Origin: a virus
DNA: 58,597 nt
Virus record (IMG/VR): IMGVR_UViG_3300045988_136606
Coordinates: 1 to 58,597 of that record
Reading direction: 5' to 3' (one strand)
Position 1 is the first letter of the stretch; every line of letters starts with the position of its first letter. The notes under the pieces are model-generated. The model was not told the origin of the DNA and did not search any database. It saw only the letters and a program-made list of their open reading frames with translations. Below are positions 28,640-38,754 of the stretch, in pieces. A program made the position numbers and the translations under genes.

Positions 28640-28685
28640 CTGTTATGGTCATACGGATTATTGTTTGTCAGTATGACCATAACAG
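28640..28685. repeat. Perfect 15-bp inverted repeat with a 16-bp spacer next to the recombinase gene (candidate attP or regulatory site)
   Basis: CTGTTATGGTCATAC-N16-GTATGACCATAACAG. No flanking U-tract, so it is not a classical terminator. Confidence 0.4.
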
Positions 28686-28692
28686 TAAAAAA

Positions 28693-30213
28693 CTATATTG
28701 GTAATCTTAATTTTATATCAAGTTCAAATTTACCATTTCTAATTCCTTTTTCTTTATAGTATATAACCTCTTCTATTACTGATTTAAGTAATATATTTTT
28801 ATCTAATATATTTTGTGTATTTTTATAACTATTAATTATTTTCTCAACCCTTGGAATTAGTTCGGAATAATTTAAATCTATTTTCATTTCTTTTTCTATT
28901 AATTCTTTTAGATTATTAATTGCAGTTTCATTTTTTTCTGTTTTAACTCTTAATACATTAGTTCTTTCTAAATAAGTATCAATATCATAGACACCTCTTT
29001 CAAGAAAATCGTGTAATTTATTTTTTTGTTTTTGAAGTTCTATAGTTTCCTTTTCTAAAAGAGATAAAGTATGCTTAAGATTACTTATTCTATCATTATT
29101 ATTATCAGATATATCTTTTTTTAATATTTCATTTTGATATTCATTTAAAAACTGTTGCATATATCCCAAAATAGTATTTTCAACGCTTTCTAACTTTGAC
29201 GATGAATTTTTATTACAATGGGCACACTTTAAGAATAATACTATATCGTTATTTTTATAGGTTGATTTAGATACAATCATAGTATGATTACAACAAGCAC
29301 ACTTGATTAATCCAGCAAGAGGATTGATCATTTTTTTATTTTGTGATACAGAGGGAACTTGATTACCTTCTAAAATATTTTGTGCCAAATTAAACATATC
29401 CTCACTTATAATAGCTTGATGTCTACCTTTTGCATAAATTATTTTATCTTTTGAATTGACAATAGATTTAGTACCTTTTCTCTTTACTTTATTCCAGCTA
29501 ACATACCCACAATAAATGCTATTCTTTAAAATTCTTCTTATAGCTTGTTCTGAAAATGGTTTACCAGAATTAGTTTTAACGCCTATTGTATCTAAATATA
29601 CTTTTATTTTATAAGAACCATAATTTGATATATATAAGGCAAATATTTCTTTCACTATTGCTGCTTTATCTTCATCGATTATAAGTAACCTTTTCCCTTC
29701 TCTGTCATACTCAAACTTGTATCCAAAAGGAGCATTAGAGGCAATAAATTTTCCCTCTTCAATAGATTTTATTCGACCTCTTTGCATACGTTTAGTAATC
29801 ATTTTAAGTTCACGTCTAGCAAAGAATGACTTAAATTCAGTCATCTCTTCATCAAGTTCATTATTTAGATCATAAGTTTTATCTGGAGTAACAATTAAAG
29901 TGTTAGTTTCTTTAAAAGTATCCAAGATTAATCCTTGGTCCTGCATTCCTCCACGGCCTAAACGATCCAAATCCATACATAGCACAGCATCATACATATT
30001 ATTTCTAACTTCTTCTAATAGCTTTAACATCTTAGGTCTAGATGCTATACTTCCTCCAGATACTATTTCTTCATGTACTTCAATGATATCTAGATGTTGT
30101 TTTTTAGCAACTTCTAATAGAGTGCTTCTATGCCTTGCTAGTGTATCAGTATTTTCTCTTTTTTCTAATTCTTCGTCTTGACGGCTTTTGCGCAAGTACA
30201 TACATACTTTCAT
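28693..30213 (-). CDS. Large serine recombinase (integrase)
   Basis: N-terminal resolvase catalytic pattern YLRKSRQDE, a recombinase domain, a Cys-rich zinc ribbon (CACCNH...CAHC) and a C-terminal coiled coil. 506 aa. Confidence 0.85.
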   Translation of the reverse strand: MKVCMYLRKSRQDEELEKRENTDTLARHRSTLLEVAKKQHLDIIEVHEEIVSGGSIASRPKMLKLLEEVRNNMYDAVLCMDLDRLGRGGMQDQGLILDTFKETNTLIVTPDKTYDLNNELDEEMTEFKSFFARRELKMITKRMQRGRIKSIEEGKFIASNAPFGYKFEYDREGKRLLIIDEDKAAIVKEIFALYISNYGSYKIKVYLDTIGVKTNSGKPFSEQAIRRILKNSIYCGYVSWNKVKRKGTKSIVNSKDKIIYAKGRHQAIISEDMFNLAQNILEGNQVPSVSQNKKMINPLAGLIKCACCNHTMIVSKSTYKNNDIVLFLKCAHCNKNSSSKLESVENTILGYMQQFLNEYQNEILKKDISDNNNDRISNLKHTLSLLEKETIELQKQKNKLHDFLERGVYDIDTYLERTNVLRVKTEKNETAINNLKELIEKEMKIDLNYSELIPRVEKIINSYKNTQNILDKNILLKSVIEEVIYYKEKGIRNGKFELDIKLRLPI

Positions 30214-30452
30214 TATGCTATTTCTCCCCCAAATTCATATTTATAATTATTGTATTTATTTAGAAAATATTTAGCAACCTCCAGTTCATTAATCGATAGT
30301 GCTTTACTTAATTTTATTATTTCAATCAAAGTAACATTAACAAATTCATCACTTTCTATTTTTGAAATATAGGCTTGAGAAACTCCTATCATCTCAGCCA
30401 ATTGCTTTTGAGTTACTTTTTTCTTTAGTCTTGTATTTCTAATTATATTCAT
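30213..30452 (-). CDS. XRE-family HTH protein
   Basis: VTQKQLAEMIGVSQAYISKIE. Overlaps the recombinase start (ATGA). Confidence 0.7.
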   Translation of the reverse strand: MNIIRNTRLKKKVTQKQLAEMIGVSQAYISKIESDEFVNVTLIEIIKLSKALSINELEVAKYFLNKYNNYKYEFGGEIA

Positions 30453-30742
30453 ATTATAAATCTCCTTAAATGTTTTAATAAATTGTCATAATTTTTCTAT
30501 AAATATAACTACCAGTTATATTTATTGTCCTATAATATAAATAGAAATATATAAATTAAATGTTGAATGTAGAACATATATTCTATAAAATATAAGTATG
30601 GATATATAAATGGGGGGATTTGATTGGAGAAAGGAATTATAAAATTGGCAAAAGAGCTGTCTCAACTAAAGAAAAATGACCCAGAAGCGTATAAATTAAT
30701 AATTGAATTAGTAAAAAAATTAAGACAAATAGGTTGATTAAC

Positions 30743-31093
30743 TTATTTGTCTTTATCATTTAAACTTCTTATTAATTCTTTGATTATTTTCTTATCTTTA
30801 TCATTTAGGTTTTCGATTTCTCTAGCTAACTCTATATATTCAGTCAATTCTTCAGAGTATCTATATACTCGTCCTAAATGTTGAATATTACTCCTACCAG
30901 TTAAATCATCCATACTAACATTAAAAATCGTAGCTAATTTATCGATAGTTTTATTCGTAGGAGTTCGATTACCATTTTCCCAGTTTGAAACAGTTTGTTT
31001 TGTAGCATCTACTAATTTACCTAATTCAGTTTGACTTAATCCTAATTTTTCTCTTTCTCTTCTTATGTTATAGCCCAATAATTTATTTTCCAT
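30743..31093 (-). CDS. CI-like repressor (XRE HTH)
   Basis: LGLSQTELGKLVDATKQTVSNWENG. Divergent from the Cro-like gene. RBS ggag 8 nt upstream of the ATG at 31093. Confidence 0.7.
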   Translation of the reverse strand: MENKLLGYNIRREREKLGLSQTELGKLVDATKQTVSNWENGNRTPTNKTIDKLATIFNVSMDDLTGRSNIQHLGRVYRYSEELTEYIELAREIENLNDKDKKIIKELIRSLNDKDK

Positions 31094-31311
31094 ATATAAC
31101 ACTCCATACTTATAATATCAATATTCGCAACTAAATTATATTTAGAATATGCAAACATTAATAAATACATTGAAAATACCATGTGAATACATATTTAATT
31201 CATTTAAAAGTGTTTACAACTAAATTGTATTACATTTAAATTATAACTTAAAATCATATGAAATAAAATTCTTATTTATGAATACTTTTTATAAAAAAGT
31301 AAAAAATATTG

Positions 31312-31340
31312 TTGACATATAAAAAATATAATACTACTAT
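31312..31340 (+). promoter_or_regulatory. Candidate early rightward promoter
   Basis: TTGACA (31312-31317), 17-nt spacer, TACTAT (31335-31340), upstream of the Cro-like gene. The 10-nt direct repeat CAACTAAATT occurs at 31128 and 31217 in the same intergenic region. Confidence 0.45.
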
Positions 31341-31382
31341 TAAAGCATAAAGGTATTCAAATAATTGACAGGAGGTGATTAG

Positions 31383-31628
31383 ATGAGTAAACAATACAAA
31401 CTAAAAGAAATGAGAGATAAATATCATTATACTCAAGGGGATATAGCTATAAAGCTTGGCATTTCAACTAGGGCATATGCTAACAAAGAAAATGGTTCAT
31501 CTGAATTCACATTATCAGAGGCTAAAAAAATAGCTACTATATTCAATGCTAACATATATGAAATTTTTTTCACAAATGAAGTCAACAAATTGAATACATT
31601 ATTATTATCTACAAATATTGAAACATAG
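31383..31628 (+). CDS. Cro-like XRE-family HTH protein
   Basis: YTQGDIAIKLGISTRAYANKENG. RBS aggaggtg. Confidence 0.7.
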   Translation: MSKQYKLKEMRDKYHYTQGDIAIKLGISTRAYANKENGSSEFTLSEAKKIATIFNANIYEIFFTNEVNKLNTLLLSTNIET

Positions 31629-31692
31629 AATAGCTAATTATTAGCTATAGGACAAAATATTGACTTCATAAACATAATTAGGGGTGATTGTT

Positions 31693-31875
31693 ATGAACCA
31701 ATCTAACGATAGCTATATTACTGAATATGAAACTGATGTAGCAAAGATAAAAGTTAGGTTTAATGATACTAGTAATTTAACTAGAGAACAGGTTTTCAAT
31801 AGAATAGCACAAGCAGCATTTAATTTATGCATTCATGAACATGAAAGAGAAATGAGGGTCAATAAAGATGAATAA
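31693..31875 (+). CDS. Hypothetical protein
   Basis: RBS aggggtg. Small early-region ORF. Confidence 0.45.
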   Translation: MNQSNDSYITEYETDVAKIKVRFNDTSNLTREQVFNRIAQAAFNLCIHEHEREMRVNKDE

Positions 31876-32389
31876 CTTATCTGAAGAAGAATTAGAATTT
31901 ATTCGTAAGACAAAAGAAAAAGTTGAGAATATGAATTTATTCAAGCAATCAAACTGGACAGAAGAAGAAAAAGAATATTTGCTTAATTCAGATAAAAACT
32001 TTACTGAAATAGCAAAAGAATTAAATAAAAGCTCTTCATCAGTTAGATCAATGGCATCTCATATGGGAATAAAAAAACCTCATAGGCAATGGGAAAGTGA
32101 AAAGGTTGCGAATTTAATTAAGCACTATTCGGACCCGAATATCACTATCAGTCAAATATGTCAGCTATTAGGAGAGACAAAAGGAGCAGTAGATTATCAA
32201 GTTAGAAAATTAGGCCTTAAAAAAGCTACAAATTTAGGCTGGACGGCTGACCAAGAAGAATTATTAAGACAATTATATTGTGAAGAAAATGAGACAATAG
32301 AACTTATAGCTCAAAAATTGGGGAAAAATACACCGGCGGTAAATTCTAAGATTGCAAGAATGAAGCTAAAAAGAAACAAAAGAAAATAA
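31868..32389 (+). CDS. Putative DNA-binding protein with repeated Myb/SANT-like HTH units
   Basis: Repeated W-x-EEE/DQEE-x-L segments (WTEEEKEYLL, WTADQEELLRQLY), each followed by an HTH-like stretch. Confidence 0.4.
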   Translation: MNNLSEEELEFIRKTKEKVENMNLFKQSNWTEEEKEYLLNSDKNFTEIAKELNKSSSSVRSMASHMGIKKPHRQWESEKVANLIKHYSDPNITISQICQLLGETKGAVDYQVRKLGLKKATNLGWTADQEELLRQLYCEENETIELIAQKLGKNTPAVNSKIARMKLKRNKRK

Positions 32390-32407
32390 ACAGGAGGTGA
32401 TAAACAA

Positions 32408-32524
32408 ATGATAATCATTCCAGAAGCTTTACAAGTATATTGCATCTTAGTTAAGCATTTTGGATTTGATGACAGTTGGACTAGCTTTGAAAAATGGCAA
32501 TATAAATACAAGAATTTATTCTAA
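32408..32524 (+). CDS. Small hypothetical protein (38 aa)
   Basis: Strong RBS acaggaggtg. Untracked ORF. Confidence 0.35.
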   Translation: MIIIPEALQVYCILVKHFGFDDSWTSFEKWQYKYKNLF

Positions 32525-32538
32525 GGGGGGAGTAATTT

Positions 32539-33306
32539 ATGAGTGATTTATATAACAGTTATAAAACATTTAGTAATAATGAATTTGGAGAAATAAGAGT
32601 ATTAGAAATTGAAAACGAGCCTTGGTTTGTAGGTAGAGATATAGCAACTGTTTTAGGTTATAGCAACCCACCAAAAGCAGTAAGAACTCATGTAGATGAA
32701 GAAGATAAAGGGGTGAACGAAATGGACACTCCTGGCGGTAAACAAAAAATAATAGTAATTAATGAAAGTGGATTATATAGTTTAATTCTCAATAGTAAAT
32801 TACCAAATGCTAAAAAATTCAAACGTTGGGTAACAAATGAAGTTTTACCTTCTATAAGAAAACATGGAGCTTATATGACAGAGAATACAATAGAAAAAGC
32901 ATTAACTAGTCCAGATTTTCTTATACAGTTAGCAACTAAGTTAAAAGAGGAACAAGAAAAATCTAAACAACTTGAGGACAAGCTAGAGAAAAATAGTAAG
33001 ATGCTGAACCAAATATCTGCTAGTAAAAATTCCTTATTGGTTAGAGAAGTAGCAAAGATACTAAGTAATCACCATGGCATAGTTATAGGAGAAAAGAAAT
33101 TGTACCAAAAGCTTAGAGATTGGGGCTGGATATTCAAGAATAGTACAGAAGCTAAGCAAGAAGCGATAATACATGGATACTTAGAAGTAAGAGAAGGGAC
33201 TAGAGAAAGTTCCAAAGGAGTATTTACATTCCATACAACTCGCGTAACCGGAAAAGGACAAAGAAAGATATTAGAAAAATTATTGGAAGAATTAGAAAAT
33301 AAGTAA
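32539..33306 (+). CDS. Antirepressor (BRO-N plus KilA-C/ANT domains)
   Basis: FGEIRVLEIENEPWFVGRDIATVLGY is a Bro-N pattern. C-terminal ANT-like region. Confidence 0.75.
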   Translation: MSDLYNSYKTFSNNEFGEIRVLEIENEPWFVGRDIATVLGYSNPPKAVRTHVDEEDKGVNEMDTPGGKQKIIVINESGLYSLILNSKLPNAKKFKRWVTNEVLPSIRKHGAYMTENTIEKALTSPDFLIQLATKLKEEQEKSKQLEDKLEKNSKMLNQISASKNSLLVREVAKILSNHHGIVIGEKKLYQKLRDWGWIFKNSTEAKQEAIIHGYLEVREGTRESSKGVFTFHTTRVTGKGQRKILEKLLEELENK

Positions 33307-33364
33307 TACAAGTTTTAACTGAGGTCCAAATGGATGCGAGTGAATATTAAAGGGGGGATTTAAA

Positions 33365-34116
33365 ATGAATGATTTATTACAAGAAATTTGGAATGATATA
33401 CAAGGCTATGAAGGATTATATCAAGTAAGCAATTTTGGTAGAGTTAAAAGTTTGCCTAAAAAACATGATATTTCTATGGGAAAAGGATACTACATTACAA
33501 AAGAACGTATTTTACAACCAGGCGAAGATAAAGACGGATATTTACAAGTTGGATTACGTAAGAACAAAAAAACAAAAATGAGAAAAATTCATAGATTGGT
33601 GGCAGAAACATTTATACCGAATCTAAACAATTTGCCACAGGTAAATCATAAAGATGAAAATAAACAAAACAATGATGTTATTAACTTAGAGTGGTGTAAC
33701 AATTCTTATAATCAAAATTATGGAACTTGTGGACAAAAAAATCTGAAAGTATGAAAGGGTTTAGACATACAGAAGAAACTAAAAGAAAAATGAGCGAAGC
33801 ACGAAGAGGTGAAAAAAATTATTTTTATGGCAAGCACCATACAGAAGAAAGCAAAAATAAATTAAGTAAAGCAAACAAAGGACGTAAAACATCAGAAGAG
33901 ACTAAAAAGAAATTAAGTGAAGTAACTAAAGGCAGTAAAAATCCAAGAGCTAAAAAAGTAAGATGCATTGAAACAGGGCAAGTATTTGATTATATAAGAG
34001 AAGCAAATGAATTTTTAGGTAAAAATAGATTAAGTTCTGATATAAGCAAATGTTGTAAAGGTAAATTAAAAACATGTGGGGGTTATCATTGGGAATATGT
34101 AGAGGAGGATATATAA
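33365..34116 (+). pseudogene. HNH homing endonuclease (NUMOD4 plus HNH_3 plus NUMOD3 repeats) split into two frames at an A7 tract
   Basis: ORFs 33365-33754 (GYEGLYQVSNFGRVKS, VNHKDENKQNN) and 33727-34116 (NUMOD3-like TEETKRKMSE repeats) join in one frame if 33735-33741 had 8 As, or through a -1 slip on A_AAA_AAT. Confidence 0.6.
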
Positions 34117-34117
34117 T

Positions 34118-34273
34118 ATGAAAAAATATTTAGATTACATTAAACACTTAGAAAGTAAATGCGAATATTTTCAGCAACTAGCCCTAGCAGAAAGAGAAAA
34201 GAACATTAAATTAGAAGAAATCATTAAGAAAATTGAAGAAAAGATATACAACTTAGAGGATAAGGAGGATTAA
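34118..34273 (+). CDS. Small coiled-coil protein (51 aa)
   Basis: RBS agaggagg. Untracked ORF. Confidence 0.4.
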   Translation: MKKYLDYIKHLESKCEYFQQLALAEREKNIKLEEIIKKIEEKIYNLEDKED

Positions 34274-34274
34274 T

Positions 34275-34814
34275 ATGAGTCAAGAATATCATTATGTTTA
34301 CCTAATTGTTAATAAAATTGATTTAAAGCTTTATATTGGAAAGCACAGTACTAATGATTTAAATGATGGATATTTTGGTAGTGGCGCTGATTTAAAAAAA
34401 CAAATTAGATTGTATGGTAAAGAAAATTTTGAAAAAATAATACTTGTTTATTGCAAAAATGAAAAAGAAGCGTATATCAAAGAAAAACAGTATTTATTAA
34501 TAGCTAAATCATGGGATAATGGGCAATTCTTAAATTCTAATAATGGTGGAGTTAGTAGGGTAAAACAGGCAATGGCAAATATGCCCGTTGATGAAAAAAC
34601 AGGCAAAAGATATTCTAAAAAAACAGGTAATATAATTGGTCGTCCACCGCTTGATTATCCAGATAATTTTATAGATATAGTTCAAAAACAACAAAAGAAA
34701 CAAATGACTATGAAACAAGCTTTATTATCCCTAGATATGAAAAAATCAACTTATTACAAGTTAATCAAGAAATATGAAGAAGAACATCAAGTGTCTTTAA
34801 TAAATAAATATTAA
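34275..34814 (+). CDS. GIY-YIG homing endonuclease with a C-terminal HTH
   Basis: YVYLIVNKIDLKLYIGK...GSG. C-terminal MTMKQALLSLDMKKSTYYKLIKKY. Confidence 0.7.
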   Translation: MSQEYHYVYLIVNKIDLKLYIGKHSTNDLNDGYFGSGADLKKQIRLYGKENFEKIILVYCKNEKEAYIKEKQYLLIAKSWDNGQFLNSNNGGVSRVKQAMANMPVDEKTGKRYSKKTGNIIGRPPLDYPDNFIDIVQKQQKKQMTMKQALLSLDMKKSTYYKLIKKYEEEHQVSLINKY

Positions 34815-34826
34815 AGGGGGATTAAT

Positions 34827-35132
34827 ATGAACTGGATATTAGATGAAGTTAGAGAAAGCATACAAAATAAGATTACAGCATGTGAGAGTTTCATGGAACT
34901 ATGTGATAGCCAAATAAAACTATATAAAGATAGATATAGCACAAACGATTTACAAGTTGCTTGTAATTATGAATACTGGAGAGCATGCAAAATAAGAACA
35001 GCATACGAAATCAAGGATTTAAAAGAAATACTACAAGAAATAGATGTAATGATGCAAGAAGAAGTAAGAGACCTTGAGGAAGCAGATGAAGATGAAAGAG
35101 AAAATAGAGCAGATGCTTACATGGGAATATAA
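34827..35132 (+). CDS. Hypothetical protein
   Basis: RBS aaaggggg. Confidence 0.5.
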   Translation: MNWILDEVRESIQNKITACESFMELCDSQIKLYKDRYSTNDLQVACNYEYWRACKIRTAYEIKDLKEILQEIDVMMQEEVRDLEEADEDERENRADAYMGI

Positions 35133-35231
35133 AAATAGAACCTACGGCAATAGGTCCTATCTTTAGAAAAAGTTAAGTAATTAGAAATTTACTTTTTCTA
35201 TATTATATCACGAAAGGATATGATTTAGAAC

Positions 35232-35531
35232 ATGAAAATTAGAGATTTATTTCAAGGATGTAATCAGGCTTTTAGAAATAGTGAGCCTACATTTCAAACT
35301 AGGCTATTATATGCAGAATTAAGTAGTCCTTATGATGTATACGCAGATAGCAAATGGGGTTATATAGATGGAGCAAGGGAATGTTTAGAAGGATATAAAC
35401 CTATTGAAGAACTTGAAGAATATGTTAAACGATACGAAATAGATAATAGCCCTTTAGATGAATATGATTTAAGTTATTGCCTTGCAATAAAAGATTTCAT
35501 AAAACAAGAGAAAAATAAGGAGAGTGTATAA
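35232..35531 (+). CDS. Hypothetical protein
   Basis: ORF with a moderate RBS. Confidence 0.45.
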   Translation: MKIRDLFQGCNQAFRNSEPTFQTRLLYAELSSPYDVYADSKWGYIDGARECLEGYKPIEELEEYVKRYEIDNSPLDEYDLSYCLAIKDFIKQEKNKESV

Positions 35532-35750
35532 ATGAATAATAAAGAAATAAATGAACTTATATTTTGCTTAGGTAAGGTTACTTTAGAAATTTATGAATAT
35601 AAAAAGATGAAAGAAAAATTAGATACTGACTATAAAGAAGCAATTGAATATTTAGGTTTGCCTGATTCAATACTAGATTCTTTCGAACAAAATCAAGAAT
35701 TTATTATTAATGAAATAATCAAGGAGCGTGAAGCTAATGAATCTATATGA
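35532..35750 (+). CDS. Hypothetical protein
   Basis: RBS aaggagag. Confidence 0.45.
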   Translation: MNNKEINELIFCLGKVTLEIYEYKKMKEKLDTDYKEAIEYLGLPDSILDSFEQNQEFIINEIIKEREANESI

Positions 35751-36360
35751 AAAGTTATCGGCAATACAAAGTAAATTAAAAGCACCTAAAAATCAATATA
35801 ACAACTTTGGGAAATACAACTACAGAAGTTGTGAAGATATATTAGAAGGATTAAAACCTTTATTACTGGAGTATAAAGCTACAGTTACTTTATCAGATGA
35901 AATAAAACAGATAGGCGATAGATATTATTTAGAAGCTACGGCAACTTTTGTAGACACCGAAAAAGGAGATAAGATAGAAGTTAAGGCATTAGCTAGAGAA
36001 GATGAAACTAAGAAAGGAATGGATTTGGCTCAGGTTACTGGTTCGGTTAGTTCATATGCTAGAAAATATGCTTTAAACGGGCTATTTGCAATAGATGATA
36101 CAAAAGATAGTGATGCTACTAATAAGCATGATCATGATAAAGACAAGCCTAGTCAATCACCGGATATATGGAATAATAGTAAATTATCAGAAAAACAAAT
36201 AAGCAGATTATATGCAATAGCTTATAGTAAAGGGATAGATAAGGATACGGTTAAAAAGCATGTATTTAAAAAATTTACTAAAGATGTAGTTAATATGACT
36301 AAAGACGAGTATGATTTCATGTGTTCTGGATATGAAAATATGCAACAAGTTGCAAACTAG
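35737..36360 (+). CDS. ERF-family single-strand annealing recombinase
   Basis: LYEKLSAIQSKLKAPKNQYNNFGKYNYRSCEDIL...SYARKYALNGLFAIDD. RBS aaggag. Confidence 0.8.
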   Translation: MNLYEKLSAIQSKLKAPKNQYNNFGKYNYRSCEDILEGLKPLLLEYKATVTLSDEIKQIGDRYYLEATATFVDTEKGDKIEVKALAREDETKKGMDLAQVTGSVSSYARKYALNGLFAIDDTKDSDATNKHDHDKDKPSQSPDIWNNSKLSEKQISRLYAIAYSKGIDKDTVKKHVFKKFTKDVVNMTKDEYDFMCSGYENMQQVAN

Positions 36361-36411
36361 GAGGGATTAATTTCCCTTCTGCTATCAAAAGAGAAATGAG
36401 GTGGGTATTAA

Positions 36412-37389
36412 GTGGCAAAAAGAAAAGGAATATCTAAATCAACTAGATTTGAAGTATTTAAAAGAGATAGTTTTACTTGTCAATATTGTGGGAAAAGTGC
36501 ACCAGATGTTGTATTAGAAGTGGACCATATAAATCCAGTTTCAAAAGGTGGAGATGATGATATATCTAATTTAATCACAGCTTGCTTTGATTGTAATAGA
36601 GGTAAAAGTGATAAAAAACTTACTGAAAATCAAGTCATAAAAAAGCAAAAGGAAGAATTAGACAAGTTAAATCAAAGAAGAGAACAATTAGAAATGATTG
36701 CTCAATGGAGAACAGAATTATTGGATTTGGAAAATAAAGAAGCTGATAAAATTATGGAATTAGTTAGTGACTCTTTAGGATTAAATTCAAGATTAACAGA
36801 CTATGGAAGAACTAAAATGAAAAAACTTATTAAAAAATATGGATTTGATGAAGTGCTGGAAAGTTCAATTATAGCCTATGAACAATATGATATTAACACG
36901 GCTTTTAATAAAATAGAGCCTATTATAAAAAACAAGAAAATGCAACAAGAGCATCCGGAAATGAAAGATTTGTTTTATATAAGAGCAATAGTTAAAAATA
37001 AATTTTCTTACTATGACTTAAATACAGCAATTATGTTATTAAAAAAATGCTATAAATTAGGGGCAACAATAGACTCATTAAAAGATTTTACAAAGAGATG
37101 TGAAAACTGGACCCAATGGAAAGATGGACTCAATCAATTTATAGAAGAAAGTGAAGACAGTGGAGTTGACATTATTTCAATATGCAAAAGAAACAATATA
37201 AATCCTAATGATATAGAAGATATTATCGAAAAAGTAGGCGAATTATATTATGCGTTAATGGATGAATTGATAGAAAAATCAGATTTTTTAGGAGAACGCG
37301 AATACAGTAAAATAGCAAAATATATACAAGAAAATATTAATGGTTATATACAAGTAGATACAGATTTTAATAGCAAAATGAAGGAGTGA
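36412..37389 (+). CDS. HNH endonuclease domain protein
   Basis: CQYCGK...EVDHINPVSKGGDDDISNLITACFDCNRGK. GTG start with RBS gaggtgg. Confidence 0.7.
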   Translation: MAKRKGISKSTRFEVFKRDSFTCQYCGKSAPDVVLEVDHINPVSKGGDDDISNLITACFDCNRGKSDKKLTENQVIKKQKEELDKLNQRREQLEMIAQWRTELLDLENKEADKIMELVSDSLGLNSRLTDYGRTKMKKLIKKYGFDEVLESSIIAYEQYDINTAFNKIEPIIKNKKMQQEHPEMKDLFYIRAIVKNKFSYYDLNTAIMLLKKCYKLGATIDSLKDFTKRCENWTQWKDGLNQFIEESEDSGVDIISICKRNNINPNDIEDIIEKVGELYYALMDELIEKSDFLGEREYSKIAKYIQENINGYIQVDTDFNSKMKE

Positions 37390-37393
37390 TAAT

Positions 37394-38209
37394 ATGGCTA
37401 AATATAGAGCAATACAAACAGATTTCTGGGAAGATGGATTTGTATTAGACTTAACTCCGGAAGAAAAATATTTTTATCTTTATATATTAAGCAATCCTAG
37501 AACTACTCAATGTGGATGTCATGAGTTACCTTATAAAGTTATAGAAATGCAAACTGGATATAACAGAGAAACAGTTGAAAAGCTATTACAAAGATTTGTT
37601 GACTATGGAAAAATTGAATATTCACCTGATACAAAAGAAATTCTCATAAAGAATTGGCATAAATTTAATTTTACTAAATCTCCAAAGGTTATGAACTGCA
37701 TACTAAAAGAAATTTCAGAAATTAAAAATCCAGACTTTAAAAAATATATGATAGATGTTTGTATAGGGTATGGATACCCTATGGATAGTCTATATATAGA
37801 CTTGGGGGAAAAAGAAAAACAAAAAGAAAAACAAAAAGAAAAACAAAAAGAAAAACAACAACAACAAGCAAAAAATACCGTATCACCTGTTGTTGTTGAT
37901 AAAATAAAGTCTTATTTCGATTTGAAAAATGAAGATATACAAACTATATATGAAGCTCTTATAAGTGCAGATAAAGATGTTTCATATTTAGATGAAAAAC
38001 TTCAAATTACTAAAAGTTCAAATGTAAAAAATGTTACTGGTTTTATTATTAAAGCAATTAAGGATAATTATACATTAAACAATAAAACTAACAATATTCA
38101 ATTTAAACCGACTAAATTTCATTATAATGCTGGGAATGAAAACTTTAGACAATATGATCCTGATGAACTAGAAACACTTCTAAAAGAAAGTCAAAAGGGA
38201 AAATTTTAA
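37394..38209 (+). CDS. Replication initiation or replisome-organizer-like protein
   Basis: FWEDGFVLDLTPEEKYFYLYILSNPRTTQCG...MQTGYNRETVEKLL pattern. Position next to the recombination genes. Confidence 0.55.
   Translation: MAKYRAIQTDFWEDGFVLDLTPEEKYFYLYILSNPRTTQCGCHELPYKVIEMQTGYNRETVEKLLQRFVDYGKIEYSPDTKEILIKNWHKFNFTKSPKVMNCILKEISEIKNPDFKKYMIDVCIGYGYPMDSLYIDLGEKEKQKEKQKEKQKEKQQQQAKNTVSPVVVDKIKSYFDLKNEDIQTIYEALISADKDVSYLDEKLQITKSSNVKNVTGFIIKAIKDNYTLNNKTNNIQFKPTKFHYNAGNENFRQYDPDELETLLKESQKGKF
37808..37870 (+). repeat. In-frame tandem repeat (12-nt unit gaaaaacaaaaa, about 4 copies, then caa repeats)
   Basis: Encodes (EKQK)n QQQQ inside the replication protein. Confidence 0.85.
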
Positions 38210-38243
38210 TCCAGGGGATTTCCCCTGGTAAGGGGGAGTAATT

Positions 38244-38741
38244 ATGAAATACAAACATATGCCAGTAAAGAAATACCATTCTAAATATACAGATCCAAAC
38301 GACAATACATCACTTAACTATCTTGCTTTAGCAGCAGCAATACTAGACCCAAATCCGAAGAAAGACTCAAGAAATTACATGCTACCAGAGTTATTTAATC
38401 CAGAGGAAGCAGAAGAAAGAATAAGAGAAATTGACAATATAAGAGCAACTGGAGGAATAACAGAAGCAGAAATGATTGTCATTAACGAAGAAAATGCTAA
38501 TTATGATATAAAAGTCAGAAAAGAATTAGAGGCAATTAAAAAAAGAAGAGTTTTCAAGAGAAGACAAATTAGAGTAATTAACAAGTATGCAGGAGAAGAG
38601 AGAATATTTTCTTCTATGAAGGAAGCTTGTGAAGAATACGATTTAAATTACAACAGTGTACAAAATACATATAAATATTATCAAAAGAGATACGGAGCAA
38701 ACAAAATTAAATATCATGGATTAATCATAGAGAAGATGTAG
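38244..38741 (+). CDS. Hypothetical protein
   Basis: RBS aagggggag. Confidence 0.5.
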   Translation: MKYKHMPVKKYHSKYTDPNDNTSLNYLALAAAILDPNPKKDSRNYMLPELFNPEEAEERIREIDNIRATGGITEAEMIVINEENANYDIKVRKELEAIKKRRVFKRRQIRVINKYAGEERIFSSMKEACEEYDLNYNSVQNTYKYYQKRYGANKIKYHGLIIEKM

Positions 38742-38754
38742 AGGGGGAGTAATT

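Noticed and set aside
31094-31102. Alternative GTG start (31102) for the CI-like repressor
   Set aside because: The ATG at 31093 has a properly spaced GGAG, and the extension adds only three residues.
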